A program made the position numbers and the translations under genes. A model generated the notes under the pieces. It made no database searches. It saw only the letters and a program-made list of their open reading frames with translations, and was not told the DNA's origin. A stretch of DNA of 60,246 nt, from positions 1 to 60,246 of the IMG/VR virus record IMGVR_UViG_3300044833_000066; one strand, given 5' to 3'. Position 1 is the first letter of the stretch. The number at the start of each line of letters is the position of its first letter. This document shows positions 9,649-17,458 of the stretch, in pieces. Origin of the DNA: a virus (Duplodnaviria > Caudoviricetes).

Positions 9649-9977
9649 ACACCGCCGCCATGACTCACCTGTGGGCGTTTTCGGCGTTAATCGCGGCCGA
9701 CGCCGAAGCCGGCCGGCTGCATCCCCGGCACCTGCAGATCCTCGGCGCGCTCTGCGCCGAGGCCGCGCCGGTATCGGTTTCCAGCCTCGCCGCCGCACTC
9801 GACATCGACCAAGGCGCCCTGTCGCGCCACGCCCTGCGTCTGGCCGACCGCGGCCTTCTTACCCGCGCCGAAAGCCCCGCCGACCGACGCATTACCCTGC
9901 TCGCCCCGACCCCGGCAGGACGCGCCCTGAACGACCGCATGCTGGCAGCCCACGCCGCCACCGCGCCGGCCGCCTGA
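9645..9977 (+). CDS. MarR-family wHTH regulator
   Basis: LSRHALRLADRGLLTR..SPADRR...LAPTPAG. Confidence 0.85.
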   Translation: MNTAAMTHLWAFSALIAADAEAGRLHPRHLQILGALCAEAAPVSVSSLAAALDIDQGALSRHALRLADRGLLTRAESPADRRITLLAPTPAGRALNDRMLAAHAATAPAA

Positions 9978-9978
9978 G

Positions 9979-10233
9979 ATGAAGCAAATCCGCCTGCGGG
10001 TAACCATCACCGCTGAAGACGCCGCCACCATCGACGCCGTCCAGACCCGCCTGACCGAACTGCTCGACGCCACCGGCACCGAGCACCTGCCGCGCCCGAA
10101 CGGAGACGCCAACGGCGAAGACCTGGCCGGTCCCATCAAAGGCCCGCGCGTGTTCTGGATGACCGCCGACGTCAAGCAGGGTAACGATCGCGCGCCAGAA
10201 ACAGCCACGCGGAAACGGGGAACCAAACCATGA
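9979..10233 (+). CDS. hypothetical protein
   Basis: Tightly packed in operon. Confidence 0.6.
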   Translation: MKQIRLRVTITAEDAATIDAVQTRLTELLDATGTEHLPRPNGDANGEDLAGPIKGPRVFWMTADVKQGNDRAPETATRKRGTKP

Positions 10234-10556
10234 TCATCAAGGCTGTGGAAATCAGGGATCGGCATACTTTCATCCCGGCGATCGCCGTCCGCATGATCGC
10301 GGCCAACGATGCGCAGGGTTACCTGATGCGTCACGTCGGCTTTCACGGCGACGGCGTCGTGCTGATGCGGCTCAATGACCAGGAAGCGCACAGCGACCCC
10401 TACGACTGGCGCAGCGGCTCCCGCACCATGCCGCAGGCGCACCTGTGGCTCTTGGAACATTTCGATGAGATCGAGGACGGCAGCGTCATTGATGTAGAGC
10501 ATATTTTAGGCGAATCCAGCGCTCCCAAGACGTCAGAAGCGAGGGGATGGGAATGA
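10230..10556 (+). CDS. hypothetical phage protein
   Basis: ATGA-coupled, globular composition. Confidence 0.7.
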   Translation: MIIKAVEIRDRHTFIPAIAVRMIAANDAQGYLMRHVGFHGDGVVLMRLNDQEAHSDPYDWRSGSRTMPQAHLWLLEHFDEIEDGSVIDVEHILGESSAPKTSEARGWE

Positions 10557-10819
10557 ACATCAACGACCAGAACATCCAGACAACGATCGCGGGAGAATGG
10601 GCCTCGTGGGAAGCGGAGTGCGTCACGGACCAGCACTCGCCGAAGCAGCGAAGTGAGATGCGGCGCGCGTTCTACTCGGGTGTGGCATCGCTGATGGCCA
10701 TGGTGACGACATGCCTAGATCCCAGCGACGATCTAACAGACGCGGACCTCAGCCGTGTGGAAAGCTGGTATGAGGAACTGCGTCGCTTCGGCGCAGATAT
10801 GCTAGCTGGGCGATCGTGA
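10547..10819 (+). CDS. hypothetical phage protein
   Basis: EMRRAFYSG motif common in phage small proteins. Confidence 0.65.
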   Translation: MGMNINDQNIQTTIAGEWASWEAECVTDQHSPKQRSEMRRAFYSGVASLMAMVTTCLDPSDDLTDADLSRVESWYEELRRFGADMLAGRS

Positions 10820-10842
10820 ATGCTACGATGTAAGGGTGGAAG

Positions 10843-11007
10843 ATGATGACTGACCCGAAGCCAGTAATCCAGACCAGCGTCACCGACGAAGGCGAGGTGC
10901 TGGTGACGCTGCCGGATGGCCGTATGGTCTTCATGGGATTCTGGGAAGCGACCAAGTTTGTGTGGCGCGCGATCTTCAAAGGCTACGATGTAAAGGTGGA
11001 AGAATGA
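10843..11007 (+). CDS. hypothetical 54-aa protein (not in ORF track)
   Basis: MMTDPKPVIQ...GYDVKVEE*; coupled to next gene; flanked by direct repeat. Confidence 0.55.
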   Translation: MMTDPKPVIQTSVTDEGEVLVTLPDGRMVFMGFWEATKFVWRAIFKGYDVKVEE

Positions 11008-11300
11008 TGTCTGACGATAACACCGCCGAGGCTCGCTTGATCGCTTCCGATCCGACGCCCGGACAATTCATCCGGGAACTCCACTGCTGGATCGCGACTT
11101 ACCCGGACGGCACCGAGGGAATCATGGCGAGCGGCTTCGAAGGTTTAGGCATGATGCCCCTCTTCTCGTCGCGTCGCGCCACAGCCGAGATGCTGGAACC
11201 CAGCGCACGGCGCATCCAGCAAACAGCGATGCACCAGGCAAATCAGATCGTCAGCATCCGGCTCGTTACTTTTAGCACGACCGAAGGCCCCCGCCAGTGA
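11004..11300 (+). CDS. hypothetical protein
   Basis: ATGA-coupled. Confidence 0.65.
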   Translation: MMSDDNTAEARLIASDPTPGQFIRELHCWIATYPDGTEGIMASGFEGLGMMPLFSSRRATAEMLEPSARRIQQTAMHQANQIVSIRLVTFSTTEGPRQ

Positions 11301-11506
11301 GCGACACAACCAGGGAACAATGGATCGGCAACACCCGCGTGGATGATCTTGTCACGGTGCGCCAGGACGACGACGGCGCCTGGATCGCCGTCCATGCCTG
11401 CGGCTGGCCGGCGGTGCGAAACTGTCCGTGCTGCGGCAAACTGTTTCCGACCGCGCGCGCGGCACAGATCGTGGCCGACCTGGTCTATCCACGCGTCCGC
11501 AACTGA
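11297..11506 (+). CDS. hypothetical protein with CPCC motif
   Basis: GTGA-coupled. Confidence 0.6.
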   Translation: MSDTTREQWIGNTRVDDLVTVRQDDDGAWIAVHACGWPAVRNCPCCGKLFPTARAAQIVADLVYPRVRN

Positions 11507-11781
11507 TCTGCCGGCTCGACCTCAGCCGATGGTTTGTCGTGCGCAACGGCGGCCCCTATGCGGCGCTCGACCTCAGCGTGATCGCCAAGCACCGCCAGTG
11601 CATCGAGCAGACCCACGGCGCCACACTGGAAGCGATCAACGCAGCCGGCGGCCTCGACTGGATCGAACTATGGTGCGCGCTGCACGACCGCCCGGTGTGG
11701 CCGCTGCCGCCGATCAGCACCGATGACGCCCGGGCGGCGGTGCTCGCCGCGGTCACCGCCGCCCGCGCCCCGAAGAAATAA
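11428..11781 (+). CDS. hypothetical protein (start uncertain)
   Basis: C-terminal THGATLEAINAAGGL region looks coding. Confidence 0.5.
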   Translation: MLRQTVSDRARGTDRGRPGLSTRPQLICRLDLSRWFVVRNGGPYAALDLSVIAKHRQCIEQTHGATLEAINAAGGLDWIELWCALHDRPVWPLPPISTDDARAAVLAAVTAARAPKK

Positions 11782-11870
11782 CGAAGGCCGAAGCCGCCGA
11801 CGTGCTACAAACGAAATATTCGGCCAGCCGGAGTCGCTGGCCGTCTGTTGGACGTTTCCCCCCTTACCTG

Positions 11871-11905
11871 CCCGGCCGCGTCACCCGACGCGCCGGGGTT
11901 TTTTG
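11871..11905 (+). terminator. rho-independent terminator
   Basis: CCCGGC(C)GCGTC-ACCC-GACGCGCCGGGG hairpin + TTTTTT. Confidence 0.7.
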
Positions 11906-11927
11906 CGTGACCGCTAGAAGCGCGCGG

Positions 11928-12206
11928 TCATCGCGACCACTCCCCGCCGTGCCCAGGATACTCGGCGAGAAACCCCGAGGTGAACGCCAGCACGTCGGCC
12001 AAGCGAACCGGCAGTTCGGGAAGCCGGCCCAGGTCATGCGCGGTGCCGGGTATGGCTTTCCGGCATATTTGCAACGCCTGCTCGCGGGTGTACTGGCCAG
12101 CCTCGGATATGCTAACGACGTATCCGCACCTGCCCGGTCCCCACCACCGCGCGTGTTCATGACTCCAAATCAGATATATGTCCGCCAATTCTAGCTCGTC
12201 AGTCAT
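11928..12206 (-). CDS. hypothetical phage protein
   Basis: YLIWSHEH..WW....GY......AGQY pattern; GGGGA SD. Confidence 0.7.
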   Translation of the reverse strand: MTDELELADIYLIWSHEHARWWGPGRCGYVVSISEAGQYTREQALQICRKAIPGTAHDLGRLPELPVRLADVLAFTSGFLAEYPGHGGEWSR

Positions 12207-12283
12207 GTCCCCAACCTTTCGATGAAGTCCCGCTGTCTATGCGGCTCAACAAGTAGCGTGCGAGGGCAAATGACACGAATCGT

Positions 12284-12337
12284 TTGACAACAGCAAACCG
12301 ATAGGCAAACCCTCCGGGCAAACCAGAGGGGAAAACC
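12284..12337 (+). promoter_or_regulatory. promoter (TTGACA) overlapped by phased GCAAACC repeats
   Basis: TTGACA at 12284; GCAAACC at 12293, 12305, 12318 and GAAAACC at 12331 (12-13 bp period). Confidence 0.65.
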
Positions 12338-12799
12338 ATGGCAGACCCGGCAGACCTGGCTTCTTGGACAATTAAGAAAGTCCCGCGAGAGACCAAGCAG
12401 AAGGCGCTGAAAGCGGCCAACGCCGCCGACCAGACGATGGGAGAGTGGATGATCGAGACGGTCGACCGCGTGACCGACCCGCATACGGCAAACCAAGTCA
12501 TCCCGCCCGGCAGACCAGAGCCGCCAGCACAGCCGGCACAGCCCGCCCTGCCGGAGATCGACCTCGCCGGCATGGCCGCGCTGCTGAACGCCACCCTCGC
12601 CGCCCTGGCCGCCAAAGAGGCACCCAAAGGCCTCGGCCGAGACGCCGCGATCACCCTCCAGCGCTACATGCGGGCAGCCCGCGGCCTGCCCCCGCCCAAG
12701 CGCAGGCAAACCAAAGCCGAAAACGGGCAAACTATCGCCGAAAATGGGCAAACCCTGCTAATGATAGGGCCGCAGCTGCCCCCCGGAGGAAACCCATGA
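12338..12799 (+). CDS. ribbon-helix-helix DNA-binding protein
   Basis: SWTIKKVPRETKQKALKAANAADQTMGEWM resembles the WSVKG...GMTLGEWL RHH-like segment; C-terminal GQTxAEN repeats. Confidence 0.6.
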   Translation: MADPADLASWTIKKVPRETKQKALKAANAADQTMGEWMIETVDRVTDPHTANQVIPPGRPEPPAQPAQPALPEIDLAGMAALLNATLAALAAKEAPKGLGRDAAITLQRYMRAARGLPPPKRRQTKAENGQTIAENGQTLLMIGPQLPPGGNP

Positions 12800-13063
12800 T
12801 ATCACAGCAACGCTTCGCCCTGGCGCATCCGGTCTGGCAATCTGGAAACCGGCGATGGCTATCAGCCGTATCTGGACCAGGATCTGCTGGATCTGATCGC
12901 CAAGTTATAGCTTGGCCGACAAGGCATTGAGAAGCCACGACGATTGCCCGATTTCGCGCTCATTTCTCAGAAGTGGAACGGGGTTTGATCCGCCGGCGAC
13001 TTGCCGCCACCTCGTTGCAACAGCGTTTTTCGTTTTGGATCAATTGGTTAGATCGTGTCTGCC

Positions 13064-13091
13064 GCCCCGTATAATGAACATTATGTTAATC
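13064..13091 (+). other. XerC/XerD dif-like recombination site
   Basis: GCCCCGTATAA-TGAACA-TTATGTTAATC, 11-6-11 architecture, 20/28 identical to E. coli dif; intergenic AT-rich island. Confidence 0.8.
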
Positions 13092-13113
13092 CGATTTTTG
13101 AGAGCGCGGAGAC

Positions 13114-13128
13114 GAACCGAGCGTGAAC
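13114..13128 (+). promoter_or_regulatory. possible alphaproteobacterial LexA box
   Basis: GAAC-CGAGCGT-GAAC matches GAAC-N7-GAAC, intergenic, about 60 bp upstream of ORF 13188; could occur by chance. Confidence 0.35.
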
Positions 13129-13187
13129 GCTGCGGAATTGCGCAGTTACGAAATTATGCACAATCATGCCAGATGGAGGATTGAACC

Positions 13188-13592
13188 ATGGCCGCCCTAC
13201 TCATCGGTGAACCCGAACGCCAGAAGATCGCCGAGCTGATCGCCGTCGCCGCGGCCGGTGTGATGAGCCCGCAGCGGGCGCTGGACGCGGCCAACGAAGA
13301 CCTGGCGGGCTATCGCGACATGATGGGCCGGATGCTGTCGATCGAGTTGCCGGTCGGCTATTACGTGACCTATTCGCATGAGCGTCAGCCGAGCGGGCTC
13401 TGCCACCACATCAGCGTCAGTGTCGATCGCCCGGGCAAGATGCCGTCGGTCGAGGCCGTCAACATGATCCTTGAAGCGTTCGGCATGCAGCCGGTGCTCA
13501 AGGCGGTTCCCGGCAAACGGGTCTGGATCGAGGACGTCGAGCCCGGCCAGAAAGCGATTAATATCGTTCAGCCTGTGGATCAGCCCCGCTAA
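13188..13592 (+). CDS. hypothetical protein
   Basis: GGAGG SD; HHISVS...MPS motif seen in phage proteins. Confidence 0.75.
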   Translation: MAALLIGEPERQKIAELIAVAAAGVMSPQRALDAANEDLAGYRDMMGRMLSIELPVGYYVTYSHERQPSGLCHHISVSVDRPGKMPSVEAVNMILEAFGMQPVLKAVPGKRVWIEDVEPGQKAINIVQPVDQPR

Positions 13593-13830
13593 CGTCGCTT
13601 GAAAAGACATAATCCGTCTCAATCGCGACACCGAAATATCTACGCACTGCGCGGCTTTCCATGAGCGCTCCTGTTAGCACCCGCACGGGGCCGGGGATGT
13701 CGCGTTCCCCCGCCTCCCAGCGGCGCACAGTGCGACCGCTCTCGACGCCAATCAGACGCGCGAAGCCCTCGGCACTGAGGCCGAGGGCGCTGCGGGCGGA
13801 ACGCAAATCGGAGGGTCCGAAGTGGCTCAA
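13558..13830 (-). CDS. XRE-family HTH regulator (antitoxin-like)
   Basis: LRSARSALGLSAEGFARLIGV..GRTVRRWEAGERDIPGP. Confidence 0.85.
   Translation of the reverse strand: MSHFGPSDLRSARSALGLSAEGFARLIGVESGRTVRRWEAGERDIPGPVRVLTGALMESRAVRRYFGVAIETDYVFSSDVSGADPQAERY
13577..13617 (+). repeat. 41-bp direct repeat, copy 1
   Basis: GGATCAGCCCCGCTAACGTCGCTTGAAAAGACATAATCCGT identical to 14088-14128. Confidence 0.95.
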
Positions 13831-13860
13831 TTTGCGTACGCGCTGGTCGTAATCGAGACC

Positions 13861-13986
13861 CTAGCGGGCCGCCTTGGGCCAGTTCGCCACCAGCCAGCGG
13901 GCGGCATGTTGAATATCAGCTTCGCTGAATTCTCCCTTCGGCAGGGAAGCCCGAAGTTCGGCGGCTACTGCGTTGATCTTTTCCAT
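13861..13986 (-). CDS. 41-aa hypothetical protein
   Basis: AAGGA SD, MEKINAVAAEL...WPKAAR*, downstream of promoter 14021-14049. Confidence 0.6.
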   Translation of the reverse strand: MEKINAVAAELRASLPKGEFSEADIQHAARWLVANWPKAAR

Positions 13987-14020
13987 GGTGGCGTTCCTTG
14001 TTGTCCGTTTAGGCAATCGA

Positions 14021-14049
14021 GACATAGGGCCAATGGCCCTATATGTCAA
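14021..14049 (-). promoter_or_regulatory. sigma70-type promoter with palindromic operator
   Basis: TTGACA-17 bp-TATGTC on minus strand; perfect inverted repeat ATAGGGCCA-A-TGGCCCTAT (14024-14042) across the spacer. Confidence 0.75.
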
Positions 14050-14087
14050 CGCCTTCGCCCACACTTTTTCCCGGATAGCCGCCGAGC

Positions 14088-14128
14088 GGATCAGCCCCGC
14101 TAACGTCGCTTGAAAAGACATAATCCGT
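14088..14128 (+). repeat. 41-bp direct repeat, copy 2
   Basis: Identical to 13577-13617. Confidence 0.95.
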
Positions 14129-14195
14129 ATCTCGACTCGGATCTGATCGCCAGGCTATAAAGTTCACACAAAAAACGAATGGGGGACTATCAACA

Positions 14196-14588
14196 ATGTC
14201 AGTCGCGCTTTCCGACGTGCAAGACGCCGAGCGATTCCTGGCTCTCGCGGCGACCGCCGAACAGGTGGCGATCCTGTGGCGCCAGCGCGCCGCGGCCGTG
14301 CTTGGCGTCGCCACAACCGCTCCCGCCAGCGCGCCCCCGCCGCCGACGCCGAGACCGACCCGCGGGCCGAAACGGATCCCAACCGACCGGATCCTGGCGA
14401 TGTTCGAACTCGGCAAGTCGCCGAAAGGTGCCTCCCGCGAGCAGCTGATGATCGCCGCCGGCTGGGAGAGGTTGCCCTACCCATCGACGCTGCGGCTGTT
14501 AGCCAAGCGGCGCGGCCTGGATATGAAGGTGTTGACCGGTTCCGGGCGGGAACTCCGGTACCGCTTCATCGAGACAACCCATGGCTGA
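14196..14588 (+). CDS. hypothetical protein with C-terminal wHTH-like domain
   Basis: PKGASREQLMIAAGW resembles PEGATSAELFETTGW of 53562 ORF. Confidence 0.6.
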   Translation: MSVALSDVQDAERFLALAATAEQVAILWRQRAAAVLGVATTAPASAPPPPTPRPTRGPKRIPTDRILAMFELGKSPKGASREQLMIAAGWERLPYPSTLRLLAKRRGLDMKVLTGSGRELRYRFIETTHG

Positions 14589-14892
14589 CAAACGCGGAGA
14601 AGCCTATGCCTTCGTGGCCATGCTGGTGATCGAGACCGACGATCCACGGTTGAGCGAAGCCAAACTGGCCGCCATGGGTTCGGTGAGCAGCGTCGCCGCG
14701 ATCCGGCACGCGGTGCTGCAGCACCTGCCCCAGGACGTCAAACGCCTGGTGGCGGTACTCCCCGTCGAGCATGCGCGGATGCTCATGATGCTGCACGAAG
14801 CGGTGGGCAAAGACATCGCCGATGAATTGAACGTCGAGAAACCGCTGTTCCAACGACCGCCAGCGGACTACGTCCCGCCGACGCAGGGGTGA
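14581..14892 (+). CDS. hypothetical protein
   Basis: Overlap-coupled ORF. Confidence 0.65.
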   Translation: MADKRGEAYAFVAMLVIETDDPRLSEAKLAAMGSVSSVAAIRHAVLQHLPQDVKRLVAVLPVEHARMLMMLHEAVGKDIADELNVEKPLFQRPPADYVPPTQG

Positions 14893-14938
14893 GGGTGCGG
14901 GATTAGTTTCTTTGAAGCGCTAGCCAAGGAATTGAGCG

Positions 14939-15127
14939 ATGACGAAAGAGCGGTTCTGTTGGTATTGCGGCGACTCGCTGGGCGAAATCGATAGCCGCTT
15001 CTACGAGAAAGGCGACACGTGCGGAAAGTCTGAGTGCGAACGTGAGGCCCGCGCGATGCAACGCGAGGAACGCGACGACGCGCACCGTGATCTGGACGAG
15101 AGAATGGGATGGGAACGATCGACATGA
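14939..15127 (+). CDS. small Cys-rich protein
   Basis: CWYC...CGKSEC; AAGGA SD. Confidence 0.65.
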   Translation: MTKERFCWYCGDSLGEIDSRFYEKGDTCGKSECEREARAMQREERDDAHRDLDERMGWERST

Positions 15128-15363
15128 AGTTGACACTCGAACAGACCGAACAATTCTTCATGGCCGGCGATGTCATGTGCCGGGCCTGGACCGGCACCGA
15201 TGCCGGCGGAAACCCCTGCGTCGCCCTGATCTCACTCGTCCAGTTCATCGGCAACGGCCAGTTTGACCCCGAATGCGTGGTGTCGATCCCGGCGCCGACG
15301 CGCGAATCCGCCGAGCAATGGGCGCATACCGTCCTCAGCGGCAACGTGGACTTTCCGAAATGA
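15124..15363 (+). CDS. hypothetical protein
   Basis: ATGA-coupled. Confidence 0.65.
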   Translation: MKLTLEQTEQFFMAGDVMCRAWTGTDAGGNPCVALISLVQFIGNGQFDPECVVSIPAPTRESAEQWAHTVLSGNVDFPK

Positions 15364-15680
15364 CCGAAGCGCCGACGCAGCCCGCAATCGACCCTTACGC
15401 GGTTCTCTTCGATGCCTGCCGGCGCACCAAACTGAAGCCGCGCGAAACGACGCTGATGCGGGACTGTCTTTTCGCGCGCCGAACCGTTGAGAACGGCCAT
15501 CTTCTGATCACGCCTCGCCGCGTGGCCGCCGCGCGCCGGCTGATGGAAAAGGGCTACCTGTTGCAAGCGCCAGATCAACCCCGCCCGTTCGATCCCGTGA
15601 ACTTCGGCCTAGTCGTCGTGGCCCGTACAGAACACTTTGATAAGCTGATCGCCGACGCCAACGTGGCCGGAGCCGACTGA
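15360..15680 (+). CDS. hypothetical protein
   Basis: ATGA-coupled. Confidence 0.6.
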   Translation: MTEAPTQPAIDPYAVLFDACRRTKLKPRETTLMRDCLFARRTVENGHLLITPRRVAAARRLMEKGYLLQAPDQPRPFDPVNFGLVVVARTEHFDKLIADANVAGAD

Positions 15681-15807
15681 TGACGCCAAAGCCCCAGCCA
15701 TTACCGCCATGCGTGCGCTTTCCGCGCCGGAAATGCCCCGGCGCATGCCAATACGTGCTGCCGGCCGGCGCATGCCTTCACGCATTGCAGCAGCTGGAGC
15801 CCGACGG

Positions 15808-15981
15808 ATGACGGACGCACACATCCTCCACGACAACGCCAAGCGCCAGCTCGAAACCGCCGCCCTCTCCCTACAGCGCCGCCTTTATCTGCTTGCCGCC
15901 GGACATCTCGAATGCGCTATCTCCATCCTCCGCATGCTCCACGAACAGCAGCAAACCGAGCATGTGGTGGAAAGACCATGA
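15808..15981 (+). CDS. hypothetical protein
   Basis: GGAG SD; coupled to next gene. Confidence 0.5.
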   Translation: MTDAHILHDNAKRQLETAALSLQRRLYLLAAGHLECAISILRMLHEQQQTEHVVERP

Positions 15982-16208
15982 AGGAAGTCCCGACCAAATC
16001 CGATACCACCGAGGACGATGGCTATGTGCGGGCTATCCGCAAGGACCACCTCTCACTGCGTGACATCGACATCGACGCCTTCGCTGATGGTGTTCTAGCG
16101 CATCGTGGCGGTTCTCAATTCCACGAGAATCCGCATGGAACCGACGCACTCACTCTGCGCAGGCTGTCGTGGAGCATGGGCTGGAACGAGAGGGCTTTGC
16201 AGCAATGA
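15978..16208 (+). CDS. RMF-like small protein
   Basis: AFADGVLAHRGG....NPH...WSMGW motif. Confidence 0.5.
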   Translation: MKEVPTKSDTTEDDGYVRAIRKDHLSLRDIDIDAFADGVLAHRGGSQFHENPHGTDALTLRRLSWSMGWNERALQQ

Positions 16209-16240
16209 ACAGCGAACACCAGACCACCTGCGCATAGACA

Positions 16241-16435
16241 GTGACCGGCGCGGCCGATCCCAAGACCTGGTATCTCGTCACCTGCACGGACTGCGGCAAA
16301 CCGCTGAAGGTCCTCGGTGCGCCACCGGCAAAACCAATCTGCCTGCACTGTGATATCATCAGGGCCGCCCCGGAGGAGATGCGCGAGAGTATCCGCGATG
16401 CATTGCGCCCGCTGCCCGAGGACCTCGCCCGCTGA
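16241..16435 (+). CDS. small zinc-finger-like protein
   Basis: CTDC...CLHC. Confidence 0.5.
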   Translation: MTGAADPKTWYLVTCTDCGKPLKVLGAPPAKPICLHCDIIRAAPEEMRESIRDALRPLPEDLAR

Positions 16436-16805
16436 CAAGCGGACGAAATTGCTTTACCCGATCTGAGCCGGGATTGCCCTATTTCTGGCAAAGCCGCGGC
16501 AATCCTAGCTTCACGTTTCCCCCGCAGACTTGGCTACATACCCGCCTTAGCTGCGCGATGAATTTACGATCTCTCTCCATATCCGGTCGCGCATCTCCTC
16601 CTGGATCTCGTAGGCGCCGCCGCCGGTCGCATCAGGATGCAGGCACGGCTCCCAAGAGCTTGTTGCGACGAAAGCTGATAGCCCGCAGTTTCTGCACCAC
16701 TGCTGCACCGTTCGTCCCAGACAGAAATCCGCAAAGCGATGTCCTCCGAAGTCAGGGGTGAACATCCCACAATCCTACCTGTTGAACAGGCTGGAGCTTT
16801 AACAC

Positions 16806-16836
16806 AAAAATAGCCTCCGCCCCGAAGGACGGAGGC
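16806..16836 (-). terminator. rho-independent terminator of the late operon
   Basis: Minus strand GCCTCCGTCC-TTCG-GGGCGGAGGC-TATTTTT. Confidence 0.85.
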
Positions 16837-16860
16837 CAAACGCCCGCGCGGGTGGACACC

Positions 16861-17031
16861 TCAGCGGAACAGCAGAAACAGCCCCAGAATCAGCACGATC
16901 AAGCCCACCCCGCCAAAACCGTACCCGTAGTAGCCATTGCCGCCGGAGTACCAACCTGCGGAATGCTCCCAGTAGCCGCCCACGGCGAACAGCAGCAGCA
17001 ACACAATGACAATCAGGACGACCGGACTCAT
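16861..17031 (-). CDS. DUF3309-like small membrane protein (56 aa, not in ORF track)
   Basis: MSPVVLIVIVLLLLFAVGGYWEHS...GYGFGGVGLIVLILGLFLLFR, two TM segments. Confidence 0.75.
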   Translation of the reverse strand: MSPVVLIVIVLLLLFAVGGYWEHSAGWYSGGNGYYGYGFGGVGLIVLILGLFLLFR

Positions 17032-17041
17032 GGCGACCCCC

Positions 17042-17458
17042 TTATGCAGCCGGCGCCGTGCTGGCGGCAGGCGTGGCGGCGCTGACGATGAGGCTCTCGG
17101 CGACCCCGGCCAACCCCTCGACCCCGGCGATGATCCCAGCCGCCCCGGGCATGACGACGGAAACGACGTTGCCGGCCAACCCGAGCAGCGCAGAGAGGCT
17201 GCCCATGGACGGCACGGTGGGATCCGCCGCGGCGATCGTCTTCAGCCCGGCGGCGATGTCCGCCTCGACCACCCCGGCACCCGTGACCCCGACCCGCTCG
17301 AGCGCGGCGTTGGCGACCCCCGCACCCATCGCCAGCAGCGGCGCCACGGCGGGATCGCTGCCCCAGCCGACGATCTCGGTGCCGGTGCTCAGCACCTGGT
17401 GGTAGACCGACGCCGCCCCGTGTTCGATCGCGGCCAGGAAATCCGAGAAACTGCTCAT
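17042..17458 (-). CDS. hydrophobic lysis-region protein
   Basis: ATGA-coupled to lysozyme; Ala/Val/Gly-rich. Confidence 0.65.
   Translation of the reverse strand: MSSFSDFLAAIEHGAASVYHQVLSTGTEIVGWGSDPAVAPLLAMGAGVANAALERVGVTGAGVVEADIAAGLKTIAAADPTVPSMGSLSALLGLAGNVVSVVMPGAAGIIAGVEGLAGVAESLIVSAATPAASTAPAA

Noticed and set aside
13044-13075. TATAAT at 13070 as a sigma70 -10 element
   Set aside because: It is part of the dif-like XerC arm and spacer, with only a weak -35; not reported as a promoter
16436-16800. Integrase/attP, tRNA or ncRNA at the convergence of early and late transcription
   Set aside because: No recombinase ORF or cloverleaf; only a GGATTGCC/GGCAATCC hairpin and a doubtful 72-aa ORF
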